Positions 54,101 through 60,723 of a stretch of 64,000 nucleotides of DNA are shown piece by piece. The stretch's first letter is position 1, and each line of letters starts with the position of its first letter. The notes beneath the pieces were generated by a model, which saw only the letters and a list, made by a program, of their open reading frames with translations, was not told where the DNA came from and made no database searches. Location of the stretch: contig CAWHBO010000003.1 of the NCBI GenBank assembly GCA_963827735.1, positions 252,676 through 316,675 on the forward strand. Reading direction: 5' to 3'. Position numbers and translations under genes: made by a program. The stretch comes from Candidatus Parcubacteria bacterium (lineage in GTDB: Bacteria > Patescibacteriota > Patescibacteriia > Patescibacteriales > UBA12075).

Positions 54101-57100
54101 CTGCGAAAGCACCGTGCCGGTGGAAGAGGCCGCGACCCAGGTGAATCCATCGCCCGTGGCATTGACTGACAAAAGATACGTGGACGAACCGATCGCGATC
54201 TCGCCCAAAGTGTTGGCGCTAACCGCGTAAGGAATGGCATACGGCGTCCAGGCGCTTTTCCCTGTGCCGCCGACCGTCACCGCCAAAGTGGAGCTGGAAG
54301 TCAGAGTGTTCGGATCAGACCAAATGGTTACCGCTCCGTCCGAACCGGAACCGTCAATTGAACCGGCGCTCGCCCAATTGGTATAACAGACTCCGCCCAA
54401 ACACAATTCTTCAAAAGAACCGCCGCCCGCGACTGTCAAGAGCTTGCTCGGACTGGTGGAGCCGATGCCGACATAAGAATTCGTATCAACAAAAATGCTG
54501 GATGTTGCCGTCAAGTCATCAACGCCATTTCCGCCGTAAAACGGAATCCAGCCGGTATTGCCGATGCCGACCGTACCGCCGGTGCCGGAAGGCGTATCCC
54601 AGAAAAGCTGGCCGTCCGTTCCCCACATCAAAGCGTTGCTGGCGGTGCCGCTGGCTGTTGGCAAGGTCAAGATGATTGATGAGGCCAGAGTAGAGCTGGA
54701 CTTTAACGCGACATAGTCCGTTCCGGGCAAATCTTCATACAGTCTCAATTCATTGCCGTCTTCCATACCCAGCGGGAAATTCATGCTTAAGATATCGTTA
54801 TCTGAATCCCAGGTAACCTGCGCTTGCGCGAGTGAACCGCCGCGGTAAAATGCCAAAGTGCTGTCTTCGTCAACGGTAGTATCGGAATTTATAGTAAAAA
54901 TGTTTGAGATTGAGCCGGAGATGGAAGTTGAACCAATGGTCATGTTGGTAACGTCCAAATTCGTGAAGAAACCGTTGCTTACCCGGTTTCCCCAAGAGCC
55001 GATGTCAGTGGAAGCTCCATTTCTGGGGATGATATCGCCGTTTATCAAAAGATTGCCGTCCACAGTCAGACGCTCGGTGGCCGTGGTCGTGCCGATCCCG
55101 ACGTTGCTGTTTGCGGATATATATATGGAAGAGGTGGCAGTCGGATGGTTAGCGGCGTCGCCGGCATAAATCAAGCCTTGATTCAAGGTCATATCCGCCA
55201 GGCTGTTGTACCAAATGTCAGCGACCGTAAATTCAATTCTTCCGTCAACGTTGTCATTGTAAACGACAGTGATGTTGGTGCTGGTCCCGATCATGGCGCC
55301 CACATAGTCCTCCAAAGTTTCCTGCGTCATACCCGTGGAAGTGGCCGGCACCCAAGTGTAGCCGTTAGCGCCGCCGTTAACGCTGAGAACGTAATTGGCG
55401 GTGCCGATGCCGATTTGTCCAAAGGTGGTCGTATCGCTCATATAGGGAATTGCGTACTGCGTCCAAGCGGAACGGCCGGTGCCGCCGTCGGAGACGGCCA
55501 AATCGGTGATGCCGGAGATGCTGCCGCCGGTGATGGCGACATTGCCCGGGGATTGCAGAGCCAGGTTGCCGAGGTTAAGCGCGGTAAACGCCGAAGAGCT
55601 GGAAACAGATGTCCAGTTGGCGCCATTGGCGATCATGAAATTGTTGGTAGAAGTGGAGAGGCCGGCGATGGTGGCGAGGTTCGTGTTCCACGCTTGAATG
55701 TCTGAACCGATGGCCAAGCCGAGATTGGTTCTGGCCTGATTGGCGGTCGTCGCGCCCGTGCCGCCGTAAACGAGGCTAAGCACGCTGGAAGCGGTTAAAG
55801 TATCAGTGTCATACCAGGTAACAATCTGTCCGGCCACCGTGCTGGTTGCGTCAATGCTTCCGGCGCCGTTCCAATCAGAGATACAATTGCCATTCAGACA
55901 AAGCCCTGTGAAAGCGCCTTGCCCGGCCACAGTCAATCTGCTTGCCGGGGTGGATGTGCCGATCCCGACGTTGCTGTTTGTGGATATATATATGGAAGAG
56001 GTGGCAGTCGGATGGTTAGCGGCGTCGCCGGCATAAATCAAGCCTTGATTCAAGGTCATATCCGCCAGGCTGTTGTACCAAATGTCAGCGACCGTAAATT
56101 CAATTCTTCCGTCAACGTTGTCATTGTAAACGACAGTGATGTTGGTGCTGGTCCCGATCATGGCGCCCACATAGTCCTCCAAAGTTTCCTGCGTCATACC
56201 CGTGGAAGTGGCCGGCACCCAAGTGTAGCCGTTAGCGCCGCCGTTAACGCTGAGAACGTAATTGGCGGTGCCGATGCCGATTTGTCCAAAGGTGGTCGTA
56301 TCGCTCATATAGGGAATTGCGTACTGCGTCCAAGCGGAACGGCCGGTGCCGCCGTCGGAGACGGCCAAATCGGTGATGCCGGAGATGCTGCCGCCGGTGA
56401 TGGCGACATTGCCCGGGGATTGCAGAGCCAGGTTGCCGAGGTTAAGCGCGGTAAACGCCGAAGAGCTGGAAACAGATGTCCAGTTGGCGCCATTGGCGAT
56501 CATGAAATTGTTGGTAGAAGTGGAGAGGCCGGCGATGGTGGCGAGGTTCGTGTTCCACGCTTGAATGTCTGAACCGATGGCCAAGCCGAGATTGGTTCTG
56601 GCCTGATTGGCGGTCGTCGCGCCCGTGCCGCCGTAAACGAGGCTTAAGACCGAAGATGCGGTCAAAGTGTTGGCGTCAAGCCAAGTGACGATCGCTCCCG
56701 GAACCGGTCCGGACACGCCGACGCCCGCGCCGCCCCAATTTGAAATGCATACGCCTCCCAAACAGATGCCGTTGAAAGCGCCGCGGCCATTGACTGAAAG
56801 TTTTTCGCTCGGACTCGTGGAACCGATGCCCACATTGCTTAAACCATCAATATATATGGAAGAGGTGGCTGTTAAAGCGTTGCCATAAGCGTTATAAAAA
56901 GGAACATAACCGGGCGTACCGGAAGCGATAGTCCCGTTGCCCGCCGGATCGCCCCAAAACATGTGGCCGTATGCATCGGTTAAAAGCGCCTGTCCCGCTG
57001 TTCCTTGCGTGGTCGGCAAAATCCAAGTCAGTGATGAACCAAGCGTTGAGCTGGCTCTGAGCGCGACATAATCAGTCCCGGCGCTGGCTTCATAAAATCT

Positions 57101-60100
57101 CAAATCCCCCTGGTTTTCCAGTCCCAAAGGATAATTAAAACTGAAAGAATCATTGCCGGAATTCCAAGTCAGCTGGCCGGCCGTCAATGAAGACCCGCGG
57201 TAATAGGCCAAAATGCTGTCCTCGTCGGCAGTCGCGTCGGAATTTATGGTAAACATGTTGGACGCCGATCCGGAAATGGAAGTTGAGCCGATGGTCATGT
57301 TCACGACGTCCAAATTCGTAAAGAATCCGCTTTCCACTCGGTTTCCCCAGGAGCCGATGTCAGTGGAAGCTCCATTTTTGGGGATGATATCGCCGTTTAT
57401 CAAAAGATTGCCGTCCACAGTCAGGCGCTCGGTGGCCGTGGTCGTGCCAATCCCGACGTTGCTGTTTGTGGATATATATATAGAAGAGGTGGCGGCCGGA
57501 TGATTGGCGGCGTCGCCGGCATAAATCAAGCCTTGATTCAAGGTCATATCCGCCAGGCTGTTGTACCAAGCGTCAGCGACCGTAAATTCAATTCTTCCGT
57601 CAACGTTGTCATTGTAAACGACAGTGATGTTGGTGCTGGTCCCGATCATGGCGCCCACATAGTCCTGCAAAGTCTCCACGCTCATCCCCGTGGAAGAGGC
57701 TTCAATCCAAGCATAGCCGTTGCCGGAACCGTTTACGGAAAGCACATAATTGGCGCCGCCAATGCCAATCTGGCCGAAGGTGGTGGCATCAGACATGTAT
57801 GGAATCGCGTACTGCGTCCAAGCGGAACGGCCGGTGCCGCCGTCGGAGACGGCCAAATCGGTGATGCCGGAGATGCTGCCGCCGGTGATGGCGACATTGC
57901 CCGGGGATTGCAGAGCCATGTTACCCAGATTCAAAGCGGTGAAAGCGGAAGATGAAGACATGGAAGACCAGTTGGATCCGTCCGCAATCATGAAATTACC
58001 GCTGGAAGTCGCCAAACCGGAAATCGCATCCAAGCTCAAATCCCATCCCTGGACCTGCGAACCGATCGCCAACCCAAGATTCGCGCGAGCGTCTGAGGCA
58101 GTCGTCGCGCCGGTGCCGCCATATAAAATTGAAAGCACGGAGGTCGCGGTCAAGGTATCAGCATCGTGCCAGAAAGCGATCTGGCCGGCGACAGTGCTGG
58201 TCGCGTCCAAATTGCCGGCTTCGCCCCATCCGGAGATGCAGGATCCGCCAAAGCACAAAGATCCGAATTGGCCGGTACCGTTTACCACCAATTTATTCTG
58301 CGGAGTCGTCGTGCCGATGCCGACGTTTCCGTTGCTTGCTATATATAAGGAAGAGGTCGCCTGCATTGAAGTGGCGTCCAGGCCGGCCAAAACATACCCT
58401 GACGCGGCTGCTGTCAGTCCGGTGCCGCCGCGGCTGACCGTGATCGTATCGGCGTTCCAGGTTCCTGAGGTTATATTCCCAATGGTGGTAAGTCCGGAAA
58501 GGCTTAAGATATTCGGCAAAGTCGTTGTCGCTGACAAACGCGCGTCAAACAGAGCGTCCGACCAATATCTGTTAATGGCGCCTTCCGGCAAAGCGTCGGT
58601 GGTGGTGCCTGACAGATCAATGGCAAACAGTTCCGTGCTGTAATAATGATTCAGAATTCCTTCCGCCAGAGCGTCAGTCGTGGTGGCTAAAAGCCTTGTG
58701 TCCCAAAGATTGTTGAAGCTCTGCCAAATCGGATCAGATCCGTTTGAATATAAAATATAGCCGGCATTGCCAAGAGCCAGCGCGCTCCACAGATTGGTAC
58801 TGCTTGCCACCATCAATTCGCCCCGGGCGGGCGCCCCGGATTCATCCGAATCCGGATGCTGGGAAGACAAAAGTCCATGCGGCGTGGACGCGGCTGTGTT
58901 TGACCAGACCGGCACTCCGCTTCCGTTCATAACCAAGACCTGTCCGTTGTTGCCGGGCAAAATCTGCCCCAAAGAATTTTCCGCGTTGGCAAAAACCAAA
59001 GAATTCGCGGTCCAAGTGCTCGTAGCGGTGCCGCCATACTGAATCCCAATCACGCCGCCGTTCCAAGTTCCGGCCGAAACCACGCCGGATTTGTTTATGA
59101 TAAATTGGCTGTTAGCGTTGTAGCCCACCGTCAGGGCGTTAGCCGGATTGGTCGTAGAAGTGCCGATGCCGACTTCCCCGCCGTTCCCGATGAAGAAAAT
59201 GCCGCCGGTGGTGGATGCGTTGTTGCTGATAAGTTTCATCAAAGGTCCGGTGCCGAATTGGGTCCCCCATAAAAATGGCGTATCAGTCGCGTACTTGGCT
59301 TCCGTGCCGGTCTCAAAATTCATGGTGGATCCCACGCAATTGCATCCCATATATACGCCGGCGGAACCATAAGCCGTGGTGCAGGCGGAAAGGCTCTGGA
59401 TTTCGCAGCCATTGGTCGTGGAAGCGTTGATGTTGGCCTCTGTCAGATCGGAATTGCAATCCAGGTAATTTGTGTTGCAGACAGCGGAGGAAGTGGCAGT
59501 GGATGTATAATGATACCTGAGCCCCCCGACGTTCGGTCCGCCGAATTCGCAGGATGTGTTGTTCCCGTCCTTATCAAAATAGAAATTGGCGGCATCGCAA
59601 GTGCAAGAACAAGCCGGTCCGTTCCAGGTGCCTCCCGTACAGGCTGACCCGTTAAGCAGTTCGCAATTGGCGGCATTCCCGTCGCAATCATAGTAGTTGG
59701 TTCGGCAAGCGCCGCAAGTGTACGCCCCAAAAACATTTTCCGTACAAACCGTCTGCCGGTTGTTGGTGGTATAGCAAGTGCTGTTGCGGTCGCAGAAATA
59801 TGCGCCGCTGTTGTTGCAAAAAGGCGCCGCCGCGTCATAAGCGTAGCAGTTGATGAGCAAGCCGCCGTTAAATGTTCCGGCATTAACGCCTGCCGTATCC
59901 TGGTTGACAATGGAAGTGGAAGACGCGGCCGGCGCGGTCAAAGAAGCCGGATTATAGCACTCAATGTTGTTGCTGCCGTTGACGCCGCAGATGACTTCCC
60001 CCGGTATCGGACAGCTCTGCCCGAATCCGGCGTACGTGGATGGACAGCTGGCGGGATTGCTGACCCAGTACTGAGCCTGAACCGCGCTCCCAAACAAAAG

Positions 60101-60166
60101 AAGCCCAGCAGGCAGGAGTACCGCGAGAATCAATGTTCTGTTCAGTTTTTTAAATATATTCAGCAT
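42140..60166 (-). CDS. Giant (6008 aa) secreted tail-fibre-like repeat protein with a beta-helix module and a C-terminal FGE-sulfatase/C-type-lectin-like domain
   Basis: Single uninterrupted ORF. It has a signal peptide and an N-terminal Cys-rich region. Dozens of GGTG-containing modules follow (several GGTGATT..AR.NLGL). A parallel beta-helix lies at about 47040-47990 (ISNNTIYN..., ISNNIINN..., IANNRITD). The C-terminus (42143-42830) has WVNVTQGEA...YHLISENEW...GGVGEWTN...GFRCAR. Confidence 0.9.
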   Translation of the reverse strand: MLNIFKKLNRTLILAVLLPAGLLLFGSAVQAQYWVSNPASCPSTYAGFGQSCPIPGEVICGVNGSNNIECYNPASLTAPAASSTSIVNQDTAGVNAGTFNGGLLINCYAYDAAAPFCNNSGAYFCDRNSTCYTTNNRQTVCTENVFGAYTCGACRTNYYDCDGNAANCELLNGSACTGGTWNGPACSCTCDAANFYFDKDGNNTSCEFGGPNVGGLRYHYTSTATSSAVCNTNYLDCNSDLTEANINASTTNGCEIQSLSACTTAYGSAGVYMGCNCVGSTMNFETGTEAKYATDTPFLWGTQFGTGPLMKLISNNASTTGGIFFIGNGGEVGIGTSTTNPANALTVGYNANSQFIINKSGVVSAGTWNGGVIGIQYGGTATSTWTANSLVFANAENSLGQILPGNNGQVLVMNGSGVPVWSNTAASTPHGLLSSQHPDSDESGAPARGELMVASSTNLWSALALGNAGYILYSNGSDPIWQSFNNLWDTRLLATTTDALAEGILNHYYSTELFAIDLSGTTTDALPEGAINRYWSDALFDARLSATTTLPNILSLSGLTTIGNITSGTWNADTITVSRGGTGLTAAASGYVLAGLDATSMQATSSLYIASNGNVGIGTTTPQNKLVVNGTGQFGSLCFGGSCISGWGEAGNLDATSTVAGQIAFWHDADTLTATSVLSILYGGTGATTASDARANLGLAIGSQVQGWDLSLDAISGLATSSGNFMIADGSNWSSMSSSSAFTALNLGNMALQSPGNVAITGGSISGITDLAVSDGGTGRSAWTQYAIPYMSDATTFGQIGIGGANYVLSVNGSGNGYAWIEASSTGMSVETLQDYVGAMIGTSTNITVVYNDNVDGRIEFTVADAWYNSLADMTLNQGLIYAGDAANHPAATSSIYISTNSNVGIGTTTATERLTVDGNLLINGDIIPKNGASTDIGSWGNRVESGFFTNLDVVNMTIGSTSISGSASNMFTINSDATADEDSILAYYRGSSLTAGQLTWNSGNDSFSFNYPLGLENQGDLRFYEASAGTDYVALRASSTLGSSLTWILPTTQGTAGQALLTDAYGHMFWGDPAGNGTIASGTPGYVPFYNAYGNALTATSSIYIDGLSNVGIGSTSPSEKLSVNGRGAFNGICLGGVCISNWGGAGVGVSGPVPGAIVTWLDANTLTASSVLSLVYGGTGATTANQARTNLGLAIGSDIQAWNTNLATIAGLSTSTNNFMIANGANWTSVSSSSAFTALNLGNLALQSPGNVAITGGSISGITDLAVSDGGTGRSAWTQYAIPYMSDTTTFGQIGIGTANYVLSVNGGANGYTWVPATSTGMTQETLEDYVGAMIGTSTNITVVYNDNVDGRIEFTVADIWYNSLADMTLNQGLIYAGDAANHPTATSSIYISTNSNVGIGTSTPASRLTVAGQGAFTGLCLNGNCISDWNGAGSIDATSTVAGQIVTWYDTDTLTASSVLSLVYGGTGATTANQARTNLGLAIGSDIQAWNTNLATIAGLSTSTNNFMIANGANWTSVSSSSAFTALNLGNLALQSPGNVAITGGSISGITDLAVSDGGTGRSAWTQYAIPYMSDTTTFGQIGIGTANYVLSVNGGANGYTWVPATSTGMTQETLEDYVGAMIGTSTNITVVYNDNVDGRIEFTVADIWYNSLADMTLNQGLIYAGDAANHPTATSSIYISANSNVGIGTTTATERLTVDGNLLINGDIIPRNGASTDIGSWGNRVSNGFFTNLDVTNMTIGSTSISGSISNIFTINSDTTVDEDSTLAFYRGGSLAQAQVTWDSDNDILSMNFPLGMEDGNELRLYEDLPGTDYVALKSSSTLASSIILTLPTASGTASNALMWGTDGQLFWDTPSGTGGTVGIGNTGWIPFYGGNGVDDLTATSSIFVDTNSYVGIGSTSPSKLLTVAGGGSFEELCLGGVCYTNWASAGSIDGSGSDGAVTIWSDPNTLTSSSTLAVTVGGTGKSAWTPYAIPYAVSANTLGEIAIGSSTYLLSVNATGDGFTWVAASSTGTVLSQEEVQDYVGPTVAGNTETLITVTYDDDNNQFDYVVDSNLNNYSWSNVGVLNLTAARGGTGWNSSASSGIAVINNGVWGASTTLPIYLGGTGLSSSGLNQILLGNSSGGYSLTGTSSLGLVTSVGLSVPTGFTISGSPITTNGTLVIGFDGNYNLPLTASTTNWNTAYNWGNHATAGYLSQAYASSTYSTISYVQGLSASATSSLLAYVGGLSQSASSTFSTYAYINNLSASATSSLYSYVSGLSASATSTFATSTHVQGVGYGGTGRSAWTQYAIPYMSDTTTFGQIGIGTANYVLSVNGGANGYTWVPATSTGMTQEVLEDYVGAMIGTTTRITVAYEDNNGKITYTVDNDLNNYSWTNIGTAHLTAARGGTGWNSSASSGIAIINNGVWGASTTLPVTLGGTGLASAGLNQILLGNSSGGYSLTGTSSLGLVTSVGLSVPTGFTISGSPITTNGTLVIGFDGNYNLPLTASTTNWNTAYNWGNHAAAGYLSQAYASSTYSTLNYVQGLSASATSSLLSYVGGLSQSASSTFSTYVYINSLSASATSSLLAYVSGLSQSASSTFSTYAYINNLSASATSSLYSYVSGLSASATSTFATSTHVQGVGYGGTGRSAWTQYAIPYMSDTTTFGQIGIGAANYVLSVNGGANGYTWVPATSTGMTQEVLEDYVGAMIGTTTRITVAYEDNNGKITYTVDNDLNNYSWTNIGTAHLTAARGGTGWNSSASSGIAIINSGVWGASSTLPIYLGGTGTSTVPASGQLLLGNASGGYTLTATSGLGFDNYVSWTAAGNSGSVIATSGANLTFSGSAGLTTAVSGNTITISPSGLYNIPLTASTTNWNTAFNWGNHALAGYLSQAYASSTFSTLSYVQGLSASATSSFATYAYINNLSASATSSLYSYVSGLSASATSTFATSTHVQGVAYGGTGTTSPYGILTGTGSGIVSRSINGTVNQITMANGDGIAGNPTISLPDAVYLGTNGKIGRDATDLIDFDTDNQITFRTNNTDRMILDSNGYLGIGTTTPSNALTILSSSGAQLRLGYDANNYVNFMVDNAGQLSISSSNLATTTMGSGDEAMRIDANGNVGIGTTSPLSKLDIYGNLMLSGSDRYLNFGTTSGETSYGLRDLGGTIQVKNANGSWSGIGAGATGLDDLNDVTITSAAEGEILMYSTGAWRDMATSTLGFDNYAYWRLNGNSGTLNATSTAILTLVGGSGLTTSISGNTITIATATGFIIPTNTQVSDWNAVVASSTFYNTNSNLVASNYLAWNAVAASSTFYNQAYNWGNHALAGYFATSTGSILEVAYGGTGSSSPYGILTGTGSGIVSRSINGTVNQITMANGDGIAGNPTISLPSAVYLGASGQIGRDGDNLIDFSTDNQIGFNTNGTLNMLLDTSGNLMLGTSTPGAKLTVMSTTGAQLRLAYDENNYVNMTVASDGRFTINNPSAAGSQITLGNGTAADSGVVFNGNANRFWLGIDDTDDAFHIGTSTLIGSSSVLTILNNGYVGIGIDNPTEPLYVAGNINATGNIIAGIGGDYLGLIAGNPDILRSYRALSIEAGGAIERIRISDVGDVGIGTSAPLASLDVYGDMILSGADRYLNFGSATSSNGYGFRDVAGVLQYRDSAGTWATFSTSTGSVATGNTGWMPYYSATGTALTATSAIYISPNGNVGIGQSDPGVYKLNVNGELRATSLTLTNGNGVSWGNTSIRGANESYMDIQTAGASRLYITGTGEIGIGTTSPQSMLTVAGDMKLTGTDRYMNFGADYTTGTSSYGFRDNAGQMQFKNLSGEWVNIGSAGSSGALGSLSDVSVSSPQDGDILTYLSGSWINASTTEFVLDDDFSGFGIMVRTANNTYATRYATGTLNEIVLANGDGVADNITIGLPDVVYLGSAGKIGRDADNLVDFSADNQITWRTNGTDNMILNANGYLGIGTTTPDYKLTVFGSGNLFRVATSGGDVFTITDTQITSYVPHSFAGSGDVDIAGDLYLSNTSASNINSYGPMYLTAGDAGTDNNLYLEGRGTGAVYVDDALTVTGTTTMASWNKVISVDGVTYPQNSTGIQAAINSLPAGGGKVFLPAGTYSITATVTIPSFVWLEGAGASSTVLRLADNTNTSVITNSDWTNGNSYIKISNLKIDGNDAGNTGAECSGVYLDRVSYSEISQLYIYDAEDVGVGFDAQGSSFEGYNKIINNYFESNGNDGLFLQWNKYSVVNGNTFKNNGNGIYTISDNLTISNNTIYNSDFRGIGLVGDNNSVTGNIIDDCGTYGIDITTGSAYNTISNNIINNNGGSGDDSGIILNTGDYNVIANNRITDTAGTGYAIDIRSGSDNNTLSGNQYSGAGAQSINDLGTNTTYNQPERLAIRTTATTSPVSYPAIYAIATTTGTLVDLRQTGTGDIMNLFASTSAEVFTVLGNGNVGIGTDNPQEKLELSKNDDLALFITNTIGASTAVYSEYNRGGIGTLSDHEFEIVTNNIQRMIITPTGEIGIGTTSPQSMLTVAGDMKLTGTDRYMNFGADYTTGTSSYGFRDNAGTMQYKNLSGEWVNIGSAGSSGSLGSMSDVNVSSAQPGDILTYSGGSWINTATTSFVIDNEFSGTGLMVRTAANTYTARTATGTPNEITVVNGDGILGDPTISLPDVVYLGTNGQIGRDGNTLIDFSTNNQIGFNTNGTLNMLLDSTGNLMIGTSSAAAKLTVMSSDANGQLRLAYDTDTFVDFKVLSDGQFVIEGSGLSGSLLTIGDGSAEDAGFVIDGNGANDFWMALDNSEGHLAIGTSSTIGSSTILNILSNGRIGIGSSSPNYNFTVNGSLYATDIYTSSSTYWMDGKRVLSLGTGLNLYNTGETFYTSLRASSTQGANLDLYLPGSDGSAGQVLKTDGAGHLYFANADATSDLWQQSGSNTYFNTGNVSIGTSTPTGIFNVASSTTGSNLFVINSAGNVGIGTDNLDGLLVVQKNQNAWATVISKNETNDASAGAEFVTQSASSYGYFSAYPSSYSQTNFADRIGVGAYTNSSGLDLLAEATTGDMRFYTGGSNVNNERMRIDANGRIGIGTTTLSNIFTVASSTTGSNLFVINEAGNVGIGTGNSLHSYTDGLEVRVGSADTYPIQITSPGGTELGGIYYPTGGSLMFKMADSGYSTRVVFDTDGNSYLTGGNFGIGTTAPTHLLEVTASSTDYLFYIYNSSQMASSSGLSVRVDGDGPILNLNSNGTDVVTITGANTTFNNPVIFGAAGDVSMAYDLIFSNDSSGNIIFSNGPGYIKTESGWENLNLTLSAANLGEVVVDDEMIITGTTTIDDLIYFNTQDNRIGIGTSTPNAALSIATTSSSTLAMFTVRNETGTAFRINADGSYAYDQTGTTPAADYAEYFRTNDTDLKSGEAVCVDVANNNTVNRCERGADDNVMGIVSTKPAILGNAKDEYVDNINYKAIAMLGQIPALVSTENGEIRPGDSLTSASRPGYMRKAAAGEPTVGVALEKLGNSVASLPEISSSTPDEVEYGMINVLISRRNKSLTVESVEQKITEHIAAMEIEDEVAIMLQNAINDYNIASSVEPIVNEQIASFDSRLTVAVNGVTGELANVTAGIDNLISRMAALELRVTSYELQLSGLGEIDHRISALEELDLASAIAHALAEETTGSSSQEAFSVTADGSIVFTNDSEVKAQIVDSQSTSTVAVYESEALVEIITATTSDVTAFVINQKGTGDVADFRAGGVSIVNIADDGKVSVVGEMAIDGRLMVCSGAGCGEALDSAVDSTLGDMGVEGTVVAGAFAGYCDDGYVWVPGSAKYGTMPGFCVETNEHEFMTNEHESRMPWVNVTQGEADLTCQAIGDGYHLISENEWLTIAENAIRVSKNDCDDVSIGLQLPAFAYTDEHELLTNCTNHEYVSTTSIGLVLSNDNIIYDLVGGVGEWTNQIVTQAGIFEPIDNDWHEYFEISDFKGFNINPPYYYSSDNGIGRVKTGDNAELIRGFVRGASALYDLDTSYSPAMATSTIGFRCAR
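51930..53508. repeat. Near-identical tandem duplication inside the giant gene (period 1038 bp)
   Basis: 51930-52470 matches 52968-53508 with only scattered mismatches. The shadow ORFs 51971.. and 53009.. have near-identical translations. Confidence 0.85.
55089..56644. repeat. Near-identical tandem duplication inside the giant gene (period 867 bp = 289 codons)
   Basis: 55089-55777 matches 55956-56644 almost perfectly. The shadow ORFs 55438-55626 and 56305-56493 are identical. A diverged third copy lies near 57440-58100. Confidence 0.9.
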
Positions 60167-60183
60167 GGGGATGCTTTTTGTTT

Positions 60184-60721
60184 AAATTCCAAATTACAAA
60201 TAACAAATTACAAATAATATCAAAAATCCAAATTTCAAAACAAATTTCAAAACTTTATTTTGATTTTTCCAAGATTTTACAAAATATCTTTTTCAGTTCC
60301 TCTGCTTCCTGGATTAATTTTTCAATCTCTTCTTTGAATATATTATCATTATTGGCTTTTATAATTTTTAACCAAAAATTGCTTTCTTTCGCTTCCTTGC
60401 GGCATATTTTTATTCTCATAAAAAATCTTTTTTGCTTAACGCTTCATTGGCTTCAATATAGTTTGCCCCAACTGAACCGCTAGATCTTACAACTTGCTTT
60501 CCATCCTCAGTGTTACTGACTGTTTTATATAATTTTTTCAAAAATTTTCTGACATCAATCGCAAATTCCCGTGTCCTATCCTCCAAATCATAAATTTTTT
60601 TATTAAATATTTCTGTCATTTGAATTTGTTATTTTGATATTATTTGTCCCGCTCTTTATATCTTTTAGTAAGCGGGATCCCGCTGAAAGCGGGAAAATTT
60701 GTTATTTGTAATTTGGAATTT
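60184..60721. mobile_element. Inverted-repeat-flanked (26 bp, perfect) four-helix-bundle cassette between two giant genes
   Basis: 60184-60209 (AAATTCCAAATTACAAATAACAAATT) is the exact reverse complement of 60696-60721. The right arm ends 2 nt before the stop of the upstream giant gene. The left arm lies 18 nt upstream of the 6008-aa gene ATG. Confidence 0.8.
60255..60619 (-). pseudogene. Four-helix-bundle gene split by a 1-nt frameshift (67-aa plus 54-aa parts with an ATGA overlap)
   Basis: Part 1 (60416-60619) ends ...ANYIEANEALSKKDFL*. Part 2 (60255-60419) reads MRIKICRKEAKESNFWLKII.... Together they reconstitute a full-length family member. The junction GATTTTTTATGAGA lies in homopolymer runs. 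Confidence 0.7.
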
Positions 60722-60723
60722 AT

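Noticed and set aside
57750-58643. 297-aa plus-strand ORF, and many other plus-strand ORFs of 60-217 aa between 42 and 64 kb (for example 55145-55705, 55919-56572, 61250-61879).
   Set aside because: They lie entirely antisense to the uninterrupted giant minus-strand ORFs. Their composition is low-complexity and Pro/Arg/Ser-rich. They duplicate exactly where the sense gene is duplicated. They are shadow ORFs.
60178-60483. 101-aa plus-strand ORF inside the 60-kb cassette.
   Set aside because: It is antisense to the two halves of the four-helix-bundle gene, which show clear family similarity. The ORF is Ile/Phe/Ser-rich low complexity.
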